NCBI GenBank assembly: GCA_022530585.1
Contig: CP092821.1
Coordinates: 1,089,509-1,153,508, forward strand
Direction: 5' to 3'
Length of the DNA stretch: 64,000 nucleotides
DNA from: Candidatus Nealsonbacteria bacterium DGGOD1a
Lineage (GTDB): Bacteria > Patescibacteriota > Minisyncoccia > Minisyncoccales > UBA5738
Shown here: in pieces, positions 7,198 through 15,608 of the stretch
Position numbering within the stretch: the first letter of the stretch is position 1
Layout: each line of letters begins with the position of its first letter
Notes under the pieces: model-generated
What the model was told of the DNA's origin: nothing
Databases searched by the model: none
The model's input: the letters and a program-made list of their open reading frames with translations, nothing else
Position numbers and translations under genes: made by a program

Positions 7198-9057
7198 TCA
7201 TTCCAAAATAGCTTTAATGCGCCGCGCCCCCGACGACGACGATTCTTCTTTGGCGATTTTGAAACGACCGAGATTGCCGGTATTTTCCGCGTGCGGTCCG
7301 CCGCAGATTTCCTTGGAAAAATCTCCGATGGCGTAAACCGTCACCCGTTCGCCGTATTTTAAACCGAACGCGCCCATCGCGCCCGCGATTCTGGCGTCTT
7401 CCAAACTCATTTCTTCTTTGGCGACGGGAATATTCTGGCTGATTTTTTCGTTAACCAACACTTCAACCTGTTCTATTTGTTCCGGCGCCATTTTTTGCGG
7501 ATGGGAAAAATCAAACCGCAACCGTTCGGCGGTGATATTGGAGCCGCGCTGGACAATGTGTTCTCCCAAAACCAAACGCAGTGCCGCCAAAAGCAAATGC
7601 GCCGCAGTGTGCAGTTTCGTCGTTTGCTCGCTCGCGTCCGCCAGCCCTCCTTTGAACATTCCCGCGGAAGCGGTGCGCGATAATTCCTGATGCCGTTTCA
7701 AGCCGGCCCCGAATTCATCTTGAGCGGCGGCGGCAACGCCAATGTTTTTTTCTTTGGCAATTTCCAAGCTCAATTCCAGCGGAAATCCAAAACTTTGATA
7801 AAGATCAAAAAGCTGTTTGCCGTTTAAAACCGCGCCGGCCTCCTTGGCCGATTTTTCAAATTCTTTCAACCCCTCATTGAGCGTTTTTTTAAATTTGGTT
7901 TCTTCTTTTTCCAATTCGGCGGCAATGGTTGCTTGCGGCAGTTTGTATATATTTAAATATATATTTGAATATATACTTGCCATTTCCGGCAAAAAGTTTT
8001 TTTCAATCCCCAATTGATTGCCCTTGACAATCGCGCGGCGGATCAACCGGCGGCAAAAATAGCCTTGCGCCTTGTTGGACGGCAACACCCCGTCGGCGAT
8101 CAAAAACGACGCCGAACGAATGTGGTCGGTAATCACCCGCATCGCGCCGGTCATTTTGACATCGGCGCCATATTGCTTGCCTGATAATTTTTCAATTTCG
8201 GCGATCGCCGGAAAAAACAAATCGATTTTGAACGCGTCGGGATCGTTGTTGCTCGCGGCGGCAATCCGCTCCAATCCCCCGCCAAAATCAACATTGTGCC
8301 GTTCCATTTTCACCACCGCCCCGCTTCGCTTCGCGTATTCCATAAATACATTGTTGCCAATCTCCAAAAACCGGCCGCAGTCGCAATTGGGATGGCAGGG
8401 CAAATCTTTCCACGGCGAATTTTCGTGGAGTTTTCGCTCCGCGCCGAAATCCCAAAAAATCTCCGAATCCGGCCCGCCCAGCTCGCCTTCGGGCATAGAT
8501 TGCGGCGTGCCCGATCGGGACCACCAATTCTTTTTTTCGTCATAATAAAAAATCCGGCCGTCTTGCATTCCTTTTTCCTCGGCGAAATCAACATCTTTGG
8601 CGTTAATTCCCGCGGCCGCGAACAATTCTTTCCACACATTGGCGGTTTCCCCGTCCTTTGGAATTCCCGCCTCCGGCAAACCGCGAAACGCGGTCGCGTA
8701 GATATTTCTCGGGTCCAGCCCGATTTCCTTGGTCAAAAATTCAAACATCCAGCCCAGCTGTTCTTTTTTGAAATAATCGTCCAGCGACCAGTTGCCCAGC
8801 ATCTCGAAAAAAGTCATGTGCCGGTTGTCCCCCGCTTCATCGATATCCTGCGTGCGCAAGCATTTTTGCGCGTTGGCCAGGCGCGATCCCAGCGGATGGC
8901 TTTCCCCCAGCAAATAAGGAATCATCTGTTGCATTCCCGCCGAAGTAAACAAAGTGCTCGGATCGTTATCCGGCACCAAACCGCAAGAAGGCACGATCGC
9001 GTGCCCCTGTTTTTTGAAGTAGTTAAGATATTTTTCTCTTATTTCCGAAGTATTCAT
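7198..9057 (-). CDS. alaS: Alanyl-tRNA synthetase, short form lacking the C-terminal C-Ala/DHHA1 region
   Basis: SEIREKYLNYFKKQGHAIVPS...FTSAGMQQ at the N-terminus. Editing-domain motifs HTAAHLL and CGGPH are present. It is only 619 aa. Confidence 0.93.
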   Translation of the reverse strand: MNTSEIREKYLNYFKKQGHAIVPSCGLVPDNDPSTLFTSAGMQQMIPYLLGESHPLGSRLANAQKCLRTQDIDEAGDNRHMTFFEMLGNWSLDDYFKKEQLGWMFEFLTKEIGLDPRNIYATAFRGLPEAGIPKDGETANVWKELFAAAGINAKDVDFAEEKGMQDGRIFYYDEKKNWWSRSGTPQSMPEGELGGPDSEIFWDFGAERKLHENSPWKDLPCHPNCDCGRFLEIGNNVFMEYAKRSGAVVKMERHNVDFGGGLERIAAASNNDPDAFKIDLFFPAIAEIEKLSGKQYGADVKMTGAMRVITDHIRSASFLIADGVLPSNKAQGYFCRRLIRRAIVKGNQLGIEKNFLPEMASIYSNIYLNIYKLPQATIAAELEKEETKFKKTLNEGLKEFEKSAKEAGAVLNGKQLFDLYQSFGFPLELSLEIAKEKNIGVAAAAQDEFGAGLKRHQELSRTASAGMFKGGLADASEQTTKLHTAAHLLLAALRLVLGEHIVQRGSNITAERLRFDFSHPQKMAPEQIEQVEVLVNEKISQNIPVAKEEMSLEDARIAGAMGAFGLKYGERVTVYAIGDFSKEICGGPHAENTGNLGRFKIAKEESSSSGARRIKAILE

Positions 9058-9120
9058 AATTTTTAATTACCAATTTCCAATGCCTCAATTTCCAAACAAA
9101 AAGTCAGCATTTTGGTTTGC

Positions 9121-9160
9121 GAAGGTCTATCCTCGGCGTACTCGCAGAGGTTAGTCCTTG
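9121..9160. repeat. Hairpin GGTCTATCCTC...GAGGTTAGTCC in the alaS upstream region
   Basis: Same GGTCTATCC...GGTTAGNCC design as the inner hairpin of 4891-5014. Confidence 0.5.
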
Positions 9161-9411
9161 GCAAACACCCGCATTTTATCCATTTCTAACATTAACAAAA
9201 ATTTTATGAAGATCGCGCGTTATAAAATACAAACCAACATAATCTTTCCATCTGGCGCGCATTCCCAGCGCGAACGCCTTCATCGCCGCCAGAGTAAATA
9301 AATCCGGCATTTTAACGATCAAATCGAATTTTTGAAAATATTCAATAGATCAATTTACCACAAAACCGCCCCAAAATCCACTCCCGCCCTTCCTGTTTAT
9401 GCAACACAAAA

Positions 9412-9607
9412 ACCCGCAAAGTAATCCCTCACTGGGAGAAGAAAAAATAGCGAATTTGGAGGTCAATCCTCGGTTTGTGAGAGGTTTGACCTCCAAATTC
9501 GCGCCATCCCTTACCGCAAACTCGTTGAGGATTGACCTCAAAATACAAATTCTCGAGGTCAAACCTCAACAAATTTGCTCCCCAGTGAGTGATTACCCCG
9601 CAACCCT
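9412..9607. repeat. Compound palindromic element: an outer stem enclosing two long hairpins, with four copies of GAGGTCAAWCCTC
   Basis: Outer stem GTAATCCCTCACTGGGAG (9421-9437) against CTCCCCAGTGAGTGATTAC (9579-9596). Hairpin 1 has perfect 17-bp arms at 9450-9466 and 9486-9502. Hairpin 2 spans 9524-9570 with one mismatch. Confidence 0.75.
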
Positions 9608-9651
9608 TGACAAAATTGAAATTTAGAACAATATATCATCAAGGTGAAAAA

Positions 9652-9789
9652 ATGAGAGGACACACAAAGCTCTTTGTATTAGAAATGGAAATGCGTCCGT
9701 ATGAAGAAAAAATCGACGCAATGCTATCTTTGATTCATGGCCAACAAAATGCCATCATAATAAAAAAATTCATAGAAAAGGGCAAATAA
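9652..9789 (+). CDS. Small hypothetical protein (45 aa)
   Basis: AAGGTG Shine-Dalgarno about 7 nt before the ATG. No homology recognised, and it could be spurious. Confidence 0.25.
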   Translation: MRGHTKLFVLEMEMRPYEEKIDAMLSLIHGQQNAIIIKKFIEKGK

Positions 9790-9820
9790 ATGCCATCTTT
9801 TTTTATAAAAATTAACAATC

Positions 9821-10327
9821 TCAAATTTTGCGCGCGTCATAGGCCCAGTGCAAAACCGCTTGGCGCTGTTTTTTGCGGCACGACAAATCGCGCGGCGCGC
9901 AATTATTTTTGATTTGGGCGATGTGCCGTGCGATCGCTTTCCATCTTTTGATCTGCCATTGGTCATATTCGGGCATTCGGCGGCCCATATAATAGCGGCA
10001 ATACCACTGAAACCATCCCCGCGGATCCGCCGGATGGATCCAGCCTTTGGCACGCCAAACAGAAAGCGGCTGTGACGCGTTGACACCGAAGCAGTTTAAT
10101 TTCGGATCGTGAAATTCCGAGTTTAATTTCGCTTTTTCATACCAATCTTTCGGAAATTCCTTTTGGCAATCGGTCATATATTTGCCGCCGAATATTCCCA
10201 TCGCCAGCATTCGCTTGGGTGTCAATTCCGGCAAAAAATCCGAATCGAAATTCTCCCCCATCGGCTCGATCAAAAAATATTCATATCCTTTTTGCATTTT
10301 GTCATTGACCGTGATTTTTATTTTCAT
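9821..10327 (-). CDS. Conserved hypothetical protein rich in W/Y (GWFQWYCRYYMGRR motif)
   Basis: Its ATG overlaps the stop of the upstream hydrolase as ATGA (10324-10327). The sequence looks like a conserved family, but I cannot name it. Confidence 0.6.
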   Translation of the reverse strand: MKIKITVNDKMQKGYEYFLIEPMGENFDSDFLPELTPKRMLAMGIFGGKYMTDCQKEFPKDWYEKAKLNSEFHDPKLNCFGVNASQPLSVWRAKGWIHPADPRGWFQWYCRYYMGRRMPEYDQWQIKRWKAIARHIAQIKNNCAPRDLSCRKKQRQAVLHWAYDARKI

Positions 10328-11127
10328 TTGGTTAAAAATTCCACCGCCTTGGGAAACCATTGTTCCCAGAAATCCGGCCGCTCAAGATCGTGGTCGCCGC
10401 CGGGAACGATTATCCGGTTGGGAAATTCAACATTCAAACTTTCCAACGGAACCGACAAATCAAACTGGCCATGAACATGCAAAACCCGGTCTTTAAAATC
10501 ATCAAAGCTGTGCGAAAAATCCATATCTTTGGCCTCCAAAAAATAATCCGGTTTGATATAATTTTCCCGCGTCATTTTTCCGCGGCGCGCGCAATCGATC
10601 AAAAAATCGCCTTCATCCAAATATTGCCGATAATTTTGCCAATTTATTTTTGCGTTCGGATTCTTCTTTTTCATCAGATCGCGGACAAAATAAAACCGCA
10701 ATAAATCTTTTTGGTTTAATGCCGGCGCGATAAAAACCAGCTTGTTGGTCGATGATTCGACCGCGCCAAAAACCAGCGCCAGCGGGCACATCCCCAAACT
10801 GTGCGCCACAAAATTTATTTTCAAATCGCCGCATTCTTTGCGAAAAGCTTCCAACGCCTTCAATAATTCTCTCGCGCGGCCCTTTAATGTAATTTTTGAA
10901 AAATCACCCTCCGACAACCCGCACCCGGACGCGTCAAAACGCAATGACGCGACATTGTTTTTCGCCAATTCGATCGCCATCGATTTGGCTTTCTTTTCCA
11001 CGGTCGCGTTGCGCTCAAATCCCTGCAGAAAAATCGCTCCGAATTCCGGCTTTTTGTCGGGAACCGTCAAAATCCCCCGCAAGATTTCATGATCCTGATT
11101 TTTGAACTCGATTAGCTTTATTCGCAT
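10324..11127 (-). CDS. Alpha/beta hydrolase
   Basis: Nucleophile elbow AHSLG, and a C-terminal GGDHD region typical of the fold. Confidence 0.75.
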   Translation of the reverse strand: MRIKLIEFKNQDHEILRGILTVPDKKPEFGAIFLQGFERNATVEKKAKSMAIELAKNNVASLRFDASGCGLSEGDFSKITLKGRARELLKALEAFRKECGDLKINFVAHSLGMCPLALVFGAVESSTNKLVFIAPALNQKDLLRFYFVRDLMKKKNPNAKINWQNYRQYLDEGDFLIDCARRGKMTRENYIKPDYFLEAKDMDFSHSFDDFKDRVLHVHGQFDLSVPLESLNVEFPNRIIVPGGDHDLERPDFWEQWFPKAVEFLTK

Positions 11128-11128
11128 A

Positions 11129-12514
11129 TTATAAAATTAACTTGTCGCGATGAATCAACCTAACATTTTCCGTTTTTGCTCGCGCGATCATATCTTTGGT
11201 GAAACCGCTTTTGGAAAACAGCGCGTAGTATTCTTTTCTGGCGTCGCGATTCCAATCAACCAGCCGCGCTTTTCTTTTCAGATTTTCATAAATATCGGTG
11301 CCGATCATTTTTTGCGACCATTTGGCTTCGCCAAATAAAATTTCCTTGGTTTCCGAATTCAACGCCACAACATCAATTTCCTCATTTTTATCCCACCACT
11401 TCCCCGCCCGCTCAAAATAGAACAAACCGTCCTCAATCTCCCGCGCCAATTCAAGGCAAATGTCTTCATACGCGATTGATTCAAGCACGAAAAAATTTTC
11501 TTTTATTTTTCTCAACGGCTCATCGTGGCGGCCGATTTCCAAATCGCTTTTATATAGATAAACATATTGAAACCAAAAACGGACGAAATTATCGCAAAGC
11601 TTATATAATCCTTTCCGCGATTTTGCCGCCGAAGATTCGGTAACCGAAAATTCTCTTTCCACGATCTGCAGTCTTTCCAAAACCGACAGATATTTGTTCG
11701 TTAAATTTTTATCAAGCCCGGTTTCGTTGACGATGTTGCCCAGCTTTGTTTTTCCAAACGCCGCCGCCTTTAAAATCGCCATGTAATTCTTTGGCTCCCT
11801 CAATTCCTGCCGAAGGATAAAATCAACCTCGTTGAAAAGATAAGCTGTCGGTAAAAATATTTTATCCAAAATATTGGCCTCAATGGAACTCTTGGGATTG
11901 AATTCCGCCAAATAAGCCGGCATTCCGCCGGTTATCGCGTATATTTCCAAAAAATCATTAAAACTTTTATCGGGAAAAAATTGCCAACTCGGCCGAAACG
12001 CAAGCGGTTTTAACAACAACTGCCCGGTGCGCCGGCCGAAAAGCGGCGCGCTGTAAATCAAAGTTTCCGATTCCATCATCGCGATACTTGATCCCGAAAG
12101 GATAAGAAAGATATTGCTTTCTTTTAAAAACTCATCCCATCCTTTTTGAAACAGCGAAGAAACCGCCTTGTCGGCCTCGGCCAAATAGGGATATTCGTCG
12201 ATCGCCAAAACAAACCTTTCTCTAATGTTTTTTTTAAGATATTCAAACACATCAAGCCATTGGGCAAAACCGTTGCGCGCCAATGCCGGATCGCCAAATT
12301 GACCGCCGATCGCCCGGCCCAAGCTTTGCAATTGCTCTTTTTCCGTGCTCTGGCTGGCCAAAAAATAAACCGCCTGTTTGTCTTTGATAAATTGCTTGAT
12401 CAACTCGGTCTTTCCCACACGCCGCTTGCCATAGATAATAAAAAGTTGCGCGGTATCACTCGCCCATCTTTCTTCCAGCGCTTTTAATTCTCGCTCGCGG
12501 TCAATGAATTTCAT
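11129..12514 (-). CDS. AAA+ ATPase of the archaeal-ATPase/DUF234 type
   Basis: FIDRERELKALEERW...IIYGKRRVGKTELIK carries a Walker A motif. The C-terminal part resembles DUF234. Confidence 0.75.
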   Translation of the reverse strand: MKFIDRERELKALEERWASDTAQLFIIYGKRRVGKTELIKQFIKDKQAVYFLASQSTEKEQLQSLGRAIGGQFGDPALARNGFAQWLDVFEYLKKNIRERFVLAIDEYPYLAEADKAVSSLFQKGWDEFLKESNIFLILSGSSIAMMESETLIYSAPLFGRRTGQLLLKPLAFRPSWQFFPDKSFNDFLEIYAITGGMPAYLAEFNPKSSIEANILDKIFLPTAYLFNEVDFILRQELREPKNYMAILKAAAFGKTKLGNIVNETGLDKNLTNKYLSVLERLQIVEREFSVTESSAAKSRKGLYKLCDNFVRFWFQYVYLYKSDLEIGRHDEPLRKIKENFFVLESIAYEDICLELAREIEDGLFYFERAGKWWDKNEEIDVVALNSETKEILFGEAKWSQKMIGTDIYENLKRKARLVDWNRDARKEYYALFSKSGFTKDMIARAKTENVRLIHRDKLIL

Positions 12515-12571
12515 CTTATTTCCGTCAATTTAGTATACTTATAAGTAGTATACTCACAAGTACACTAATTG

Positions 12572-12796
12572 TCAAGACCGCCGCATTCGGATATCCAAAC
12601 AATCGTCCGTAGCGCTTGAATCATTATAATCGGTATAAATTCGCGCCATCGCGTCCAAAAATCCGTTGGCATAAAAATTTCCCGCGCGTCCGTGAAAATG
12701 CAAAACCGCCGCCCTTGCCTCCCCCTCCGGCGCGAACAACAATCCATCCAGCCACAACTCGTCTTTTGTATTAACCCGGCAAAATTCCGTTTTCAT
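12572..12796 (-). pseudogene. N-terminal remnant (74 aa) of an alpha/beta hydrolase paralogous to 26259-26675
   Basis: MKTEFCRVNTKDELWLDGLLFAPEGEARAAVLHFHGRAGNFYANGFLDAMA aligns with MKTTFCRTDTCDQLKLPGLLFEPDAGSKIGILHLHGRAGGFYANAFLDAMA. The frame then ends. Confidence 0.7.
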
Positions 12797-12954
12797 AATT
12801 CCAATAATGATTTATAAATTTTGAAATTTTCGTCGTCAAAACAGACAAAAAATATTCCGGCGGAACTGGCCGAATTCAAATCGCAAAATTCTTTGAAGGC
12901 CGCAGCCGCCGCGTTCACGATTGCCTCTACTTTTAATGTGGTTATTATCCTCTT
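12793..12954 (-). pseudogene. C-terminal remnant of a macro-domain (YmdB-like) protein
   Basis: The frame reads ...AIVNAAAAAFKEFCDLNSASSAGIFFVCFDDENFKIYKSLLEL*. This resembles the C-terminus of macro-domain proteins (..YFVCYDEENAHLYERLL). No start codon or N-terminal part remains. Confidence 0.5.
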
Positions 12955-12963
12955 TTACAACTT

Positions 12964-13413
12964 TTAACATAATTTTCCCAATATCAAAATTCGGCATAAT
13001 TTTGATATTGAACAATTAATTTTGTTATTTTGGCCAAAGAATGCCAAACAATCAAACAGAATCTGTCCAAAATTGAAACCGATGGCAAGATTTTGTAATT
13101 CGCCCGGCGCGAAAAATTTCATGGCCGCGCCTTCGGCAAGTTTTAAATTTTCAATGTCGACCGGTTCGCGCAGAATATATATCACCTGCTTGATGCCGCC
13201 ATCTTCGTATTCACCGAAAAAATCCGCACGCTTGATTTGGCAACCAAGTTCTTCTTTGATCTCCCGCGCCAGCGCCGCTTCTGGAGATTCTCCGTCCTCA
13301 ACTCCCCCGCCGAACAAAACCCATTTGCCGATCTCCGGATCTTCGTCGCGCAACTGCAACAAAAATTCCCCTTTTTTATTTTTAACGATCAAACAAACTT
13401 TGGTCTTTGGCAT
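12964..13413 (-). CDS. NUDIX hydrolase
   Basis: Nudix box GGGVEDGESPEAALAREIKEELG. Confidence 0.85.
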   Translation of the reverse strand: MPKTKVCLIVKNKKGEFLLQLRDEDPEIGKWVLFGGGVEDGESPEAALAREIKEELGCQIKRADFFGEYEDGGIKQVIYILREPVDIENLKLAEGAAMKFFAPGELQNLAIGFNFGQILFDCLAFFGQNNKINCSISKLCRILILGKLC

Positions 13414-13521
13414 AAATTTTAAACTTTATAAAGTTTCATTTCGCAACAAAACCTATGAATTATCAAAATTCATTTCATCCAAACGGATAAATTTGAATTT
13501 TTCTTTTAACTTTTCAATAAT

Positions 13522-14067
13522 TTACGGTAATGCCGCAAACATTTCCGCCGGCCGCGTTCTTTGTTCCTCTTCTTTGCGGCTTCCGTCATGCAGAAGAATA
13601 ATTGATCCGTTTTGAGAATTTTTAAACACAAAATTAGAGATTTCCGCTTTTCGCAAATGAATATGCGGAAAAACATCGGCATTGATAAATTTAACCGCGT
13701 CATTTCCGCCTACCATATAATAATCAGCTCCCCGATTGACATCAAGGTACGGCGCGCGGGCAAATCCGGTATGTTTTCCGATAATGCCAAATATAACATC
13801 TTCGGCTTTCCCAAAATCAAACGCGCCTTCTTTGGCATGCGAATAGCTATGGTTGCCAATCAAATGGCCTCGTTTATAAATTTCCTTAACGATATCGGGA
13901 AATTTTTCGGCGTTTTGGCCCAAAACAAAGAAACTGGCTTTAACCGAATATTCATCCAAAAGATCCAAAGTTTTAACCGTAAAAAACGGATTTGGCCCGT
14001 CATCAAAAGTCAACGCGATTTTATTTTCCCAGCGGCTGCCGTGATCATAAACTAACATAAAACCCAT
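13522..14067 (-). CDS. Polysaccharide deacetylase (NodB homology domain)
   Basis: IALTFDDGPNP...LIGNHSYSH motifs. Confidence 0.85.
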   Translation of the reverse strand: MGFMLVYDHGSRWENKIALTFDDGPNPFFTVKTLDLLDEYSVKASFFVLGQNAEKFPDIVKEIYKRGHLIGNHSYSHAKEGAFDFGKAEDVIFGIIGKHTGFARAPYLDVNRGADYYMVGGNDAVKFINADVFPHIHLRKAEISNFVFKNSQNGSIILLHDGSRKEEEQRTRPAEMFAALP

Positions 14068-14072
14068 TAACG

Positions 14073-14106
14073 GACATTCTCACATTCTCAAGAATGTTGG
14101 AATGTC
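14073..14106. promoter_or_regulatory. Near-palindromic candidate operator, copy A (between the arsR-like stop and the deacetylase start)
   Basis: ACATTC-TC-ACATTC-TCAA-GAATGT-TG-GAATGT. The same 32 nt occur in inverted orientation at 14424-14455. Confidence 0.5.
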
Positions 14107-14381
14107 CGTATAAATTCAACGAAACGCTTGCCGTAGGGCGATAATGTTTGCGCTACCTGGCGGCCTTGATAATTTTTATTGACCAATCCCGCCTGCACCA
14201 AACGCCTGACATGCTCTGAAATTGTTTTAAAATTAACGTCTAAAATATTGGCGATATCCTCAACCTTGATCCCCTCTTTTTTGGCAATTAATAATAAAAT
14301 ATCGATACGGCGATGATTGGCCACCCCCTTAAAATAACGCTCCAATTGCTTGGCAGTTTTCTGTTTTTCGGCCTCTTCCAT
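14088..14381 (-). CDS. ArsR/SmtB-family winged-helix transcriptional regulator
   Basis: ANHRRIDILLLIAKKEGIKVEDIANILDVNFKTISEHVRRLVQAGLV. Confidence 0.8.
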   Translation of the reverse strand: MEEAEKQKTAKQLERYFKGVANHRRIDILLLIAKKEGIKVEDIANILDVNFKTISEHVRRLVQAGLVNKNYQGRQVAQTLSPYGKRFVEFIRTFQHS

Positions 14382-14423
14382 AAATTTTAATTATTTGATT
14401 AAAATTATATCAAATATTAAACA

Positions 14424-14455
14424 ACATTCCAACATTCTTGAGAATGTGAGAATGT
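14424..14455. promoter_or_regulatory. Near-palindromic candidate operator, copy B (upstream of the arsR-like gene)
   Basis: ACATTCCAACATTCTTGAGAATGTGAGAATGT is the reverse complement of copy A. It lies 43-74 nt upstream of the start codon. Confidence 0.5.
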
Positions 14456-14490
14456 TATTTAGCTTTAACTATAAAGAAAGTTTTATTCGG

Positions 14491-15465
14491 TTAGACAAAG
14501 AAATCTTCCATGATTGAAAAATCAAGTTTCCCAGTATCGAGACGAGATAGGGCACCCACCGGCAAATTGCAATTTGGGATATTGTGGCCGATTTCACCGA
14601 TTTCCAAGATTGGGAAGTCATAACCGGCGGAAGCTTCCAGCATAACTTCGCCAACCGGGCGGTTGCTCAATGGATCCGGTAATGTATTGCCGAAAAAATA
14701 TCCCAGGACCACGCCTTTTATTTTTTTGAAAACCCCGGTCTGGCGCAAAGCTGTAAAGCGGCGCGCCAAATTTTCCACATTGTGACAATAACCCTCCAAA
14801 AATAATATTGTGTCCTTAAACGGCGGCTCGAATCCCGTGCCTTGCAGCGTTTGGATAATGGAAAGATTCCCGCCCAATAATCTTCCTTCCGATATCCCCT
14901 CTCGCCAGCACTTCCACGCCTTTGATGAATTTGACGACTCTTGGGAAACTTCGTGTTTGGAATCGGGCAATACTTCAAACGCCTTTCCGACAAATAACGA
15001 TTGCTTCAAACTTTCAGTTTCATAATCATTGGTCCCGTCGCCGTACCCCCATAACAGATCCGGGCCGTGCAAAGTTATGATGCCGGTTTTGGAAAATATC
15101 GGCAATAAAAGAGCGGTCCCGTCGCTCATGCCTCCGAATATTTTGGGAGTTCTTTTTATTAAATTCCAATCCAAACTGTCCAACAATTCATTGGCGGTTT
15201 CCCCGCCTTGCGATTGGATAACCGCCTTCACCTCCGGATCGGCAAACATTTCATGAATATCGGCAACACGCTCTTCAACCGTGCCGGCGGAATAATAATA
15301 CCTTTTAAAAACATTTTTACCAACTTTGACGCGCAACCCCAAGTTTTCCAAAAATTTAACCCCGCTATCAAATTGCGGTTTTAATTCCGGCGCGATAAAC
15401 CCCGATGGCGACACAATACCAACCGTATCGCCAGCTTTCAGTTTTTTTGGTTTGATAATATCCAT
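14491..15465 (-). CDS. LD-carboxypeptidase (peptidase S66, LdcA/MccF-like)
   Basis: LKAGDTVGIVSPSG...AGTVEERVADIHEMFADPEVKAVI..QGG is the family N-terminus. Confidence 0.8.
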   Translation of the reverse strand: MDIIKPKKLKAGDTVGIVSPSGFIAPELKPQFDSGVKFLENLGLRVKVGKNVFKRYYYSAGTVEERVADIHEMFADPEVKAVIQSQGGETANELLDSLDWNLIKRTPKIFGGMSDGTALLLPIFSKTGIITLHGPDLLWGYGDGTNDYETESLKQSLFVGKAFEVLPDSKHEVSQESSNSSKAWKCWREGISEGRLLGGNLSIIQTLQGTGFEPPFKDTILFLEGYCHNVENLARRFTALRQTGVFKKIKGVVLGYFFGNTLPDPLSNRPVGEVMLEASAGYDFPILEIGEIGHNIPNCNLPVGALSRLDTGKLDFSIMEDFFV

Positions 15466-15608
15466 ATTTTTAAATCTTTAACCAACGCATATCGTTGCAA
15501 TAACACAATTTCATCACAATATATTCCAAATGGAATATATGATAATCGCAAACTTTATATTATTTTACAAAAAACGTGAAACTTTATAAAGTTTCACAAA
15601 GAAAATAT

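Noticed and set aside
8296-9066. 256-aa plus-strand ORF, and similar antisense ORFs at 6034-6726, 13022-13615, 15988-16548, 23552-24193, 26858-27619 and 52455-53120
   Set aside because: Each lies entirely antisense to a well-supported conserved gene and has a low-complexity, Arg- or Phe-rich composition.
9176-9310. 44-codon minus-strand ORF (MPDLFTLAAMKAFALGMRARWKDYVGLYFITRDLHKIFVNVRNG)
   Set aside because: It is too short to call as a gene. It most likely is a remnant of an AbiEii-like gene, so it is mentioned only in the gene-decay finding.
9412-9607. Possible CRISPR array or known ncRNA (RNase P, SRP, 6S, or a T-box leader for alaS)
   Set aside because: The four 13-mers alternate in orientation, there are no uniform spacers, and no cas genes are present. 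I could not find the conserved RNase P, SRP or T-box sequence blocks. It is kept as an unexplained palindromic element instead.
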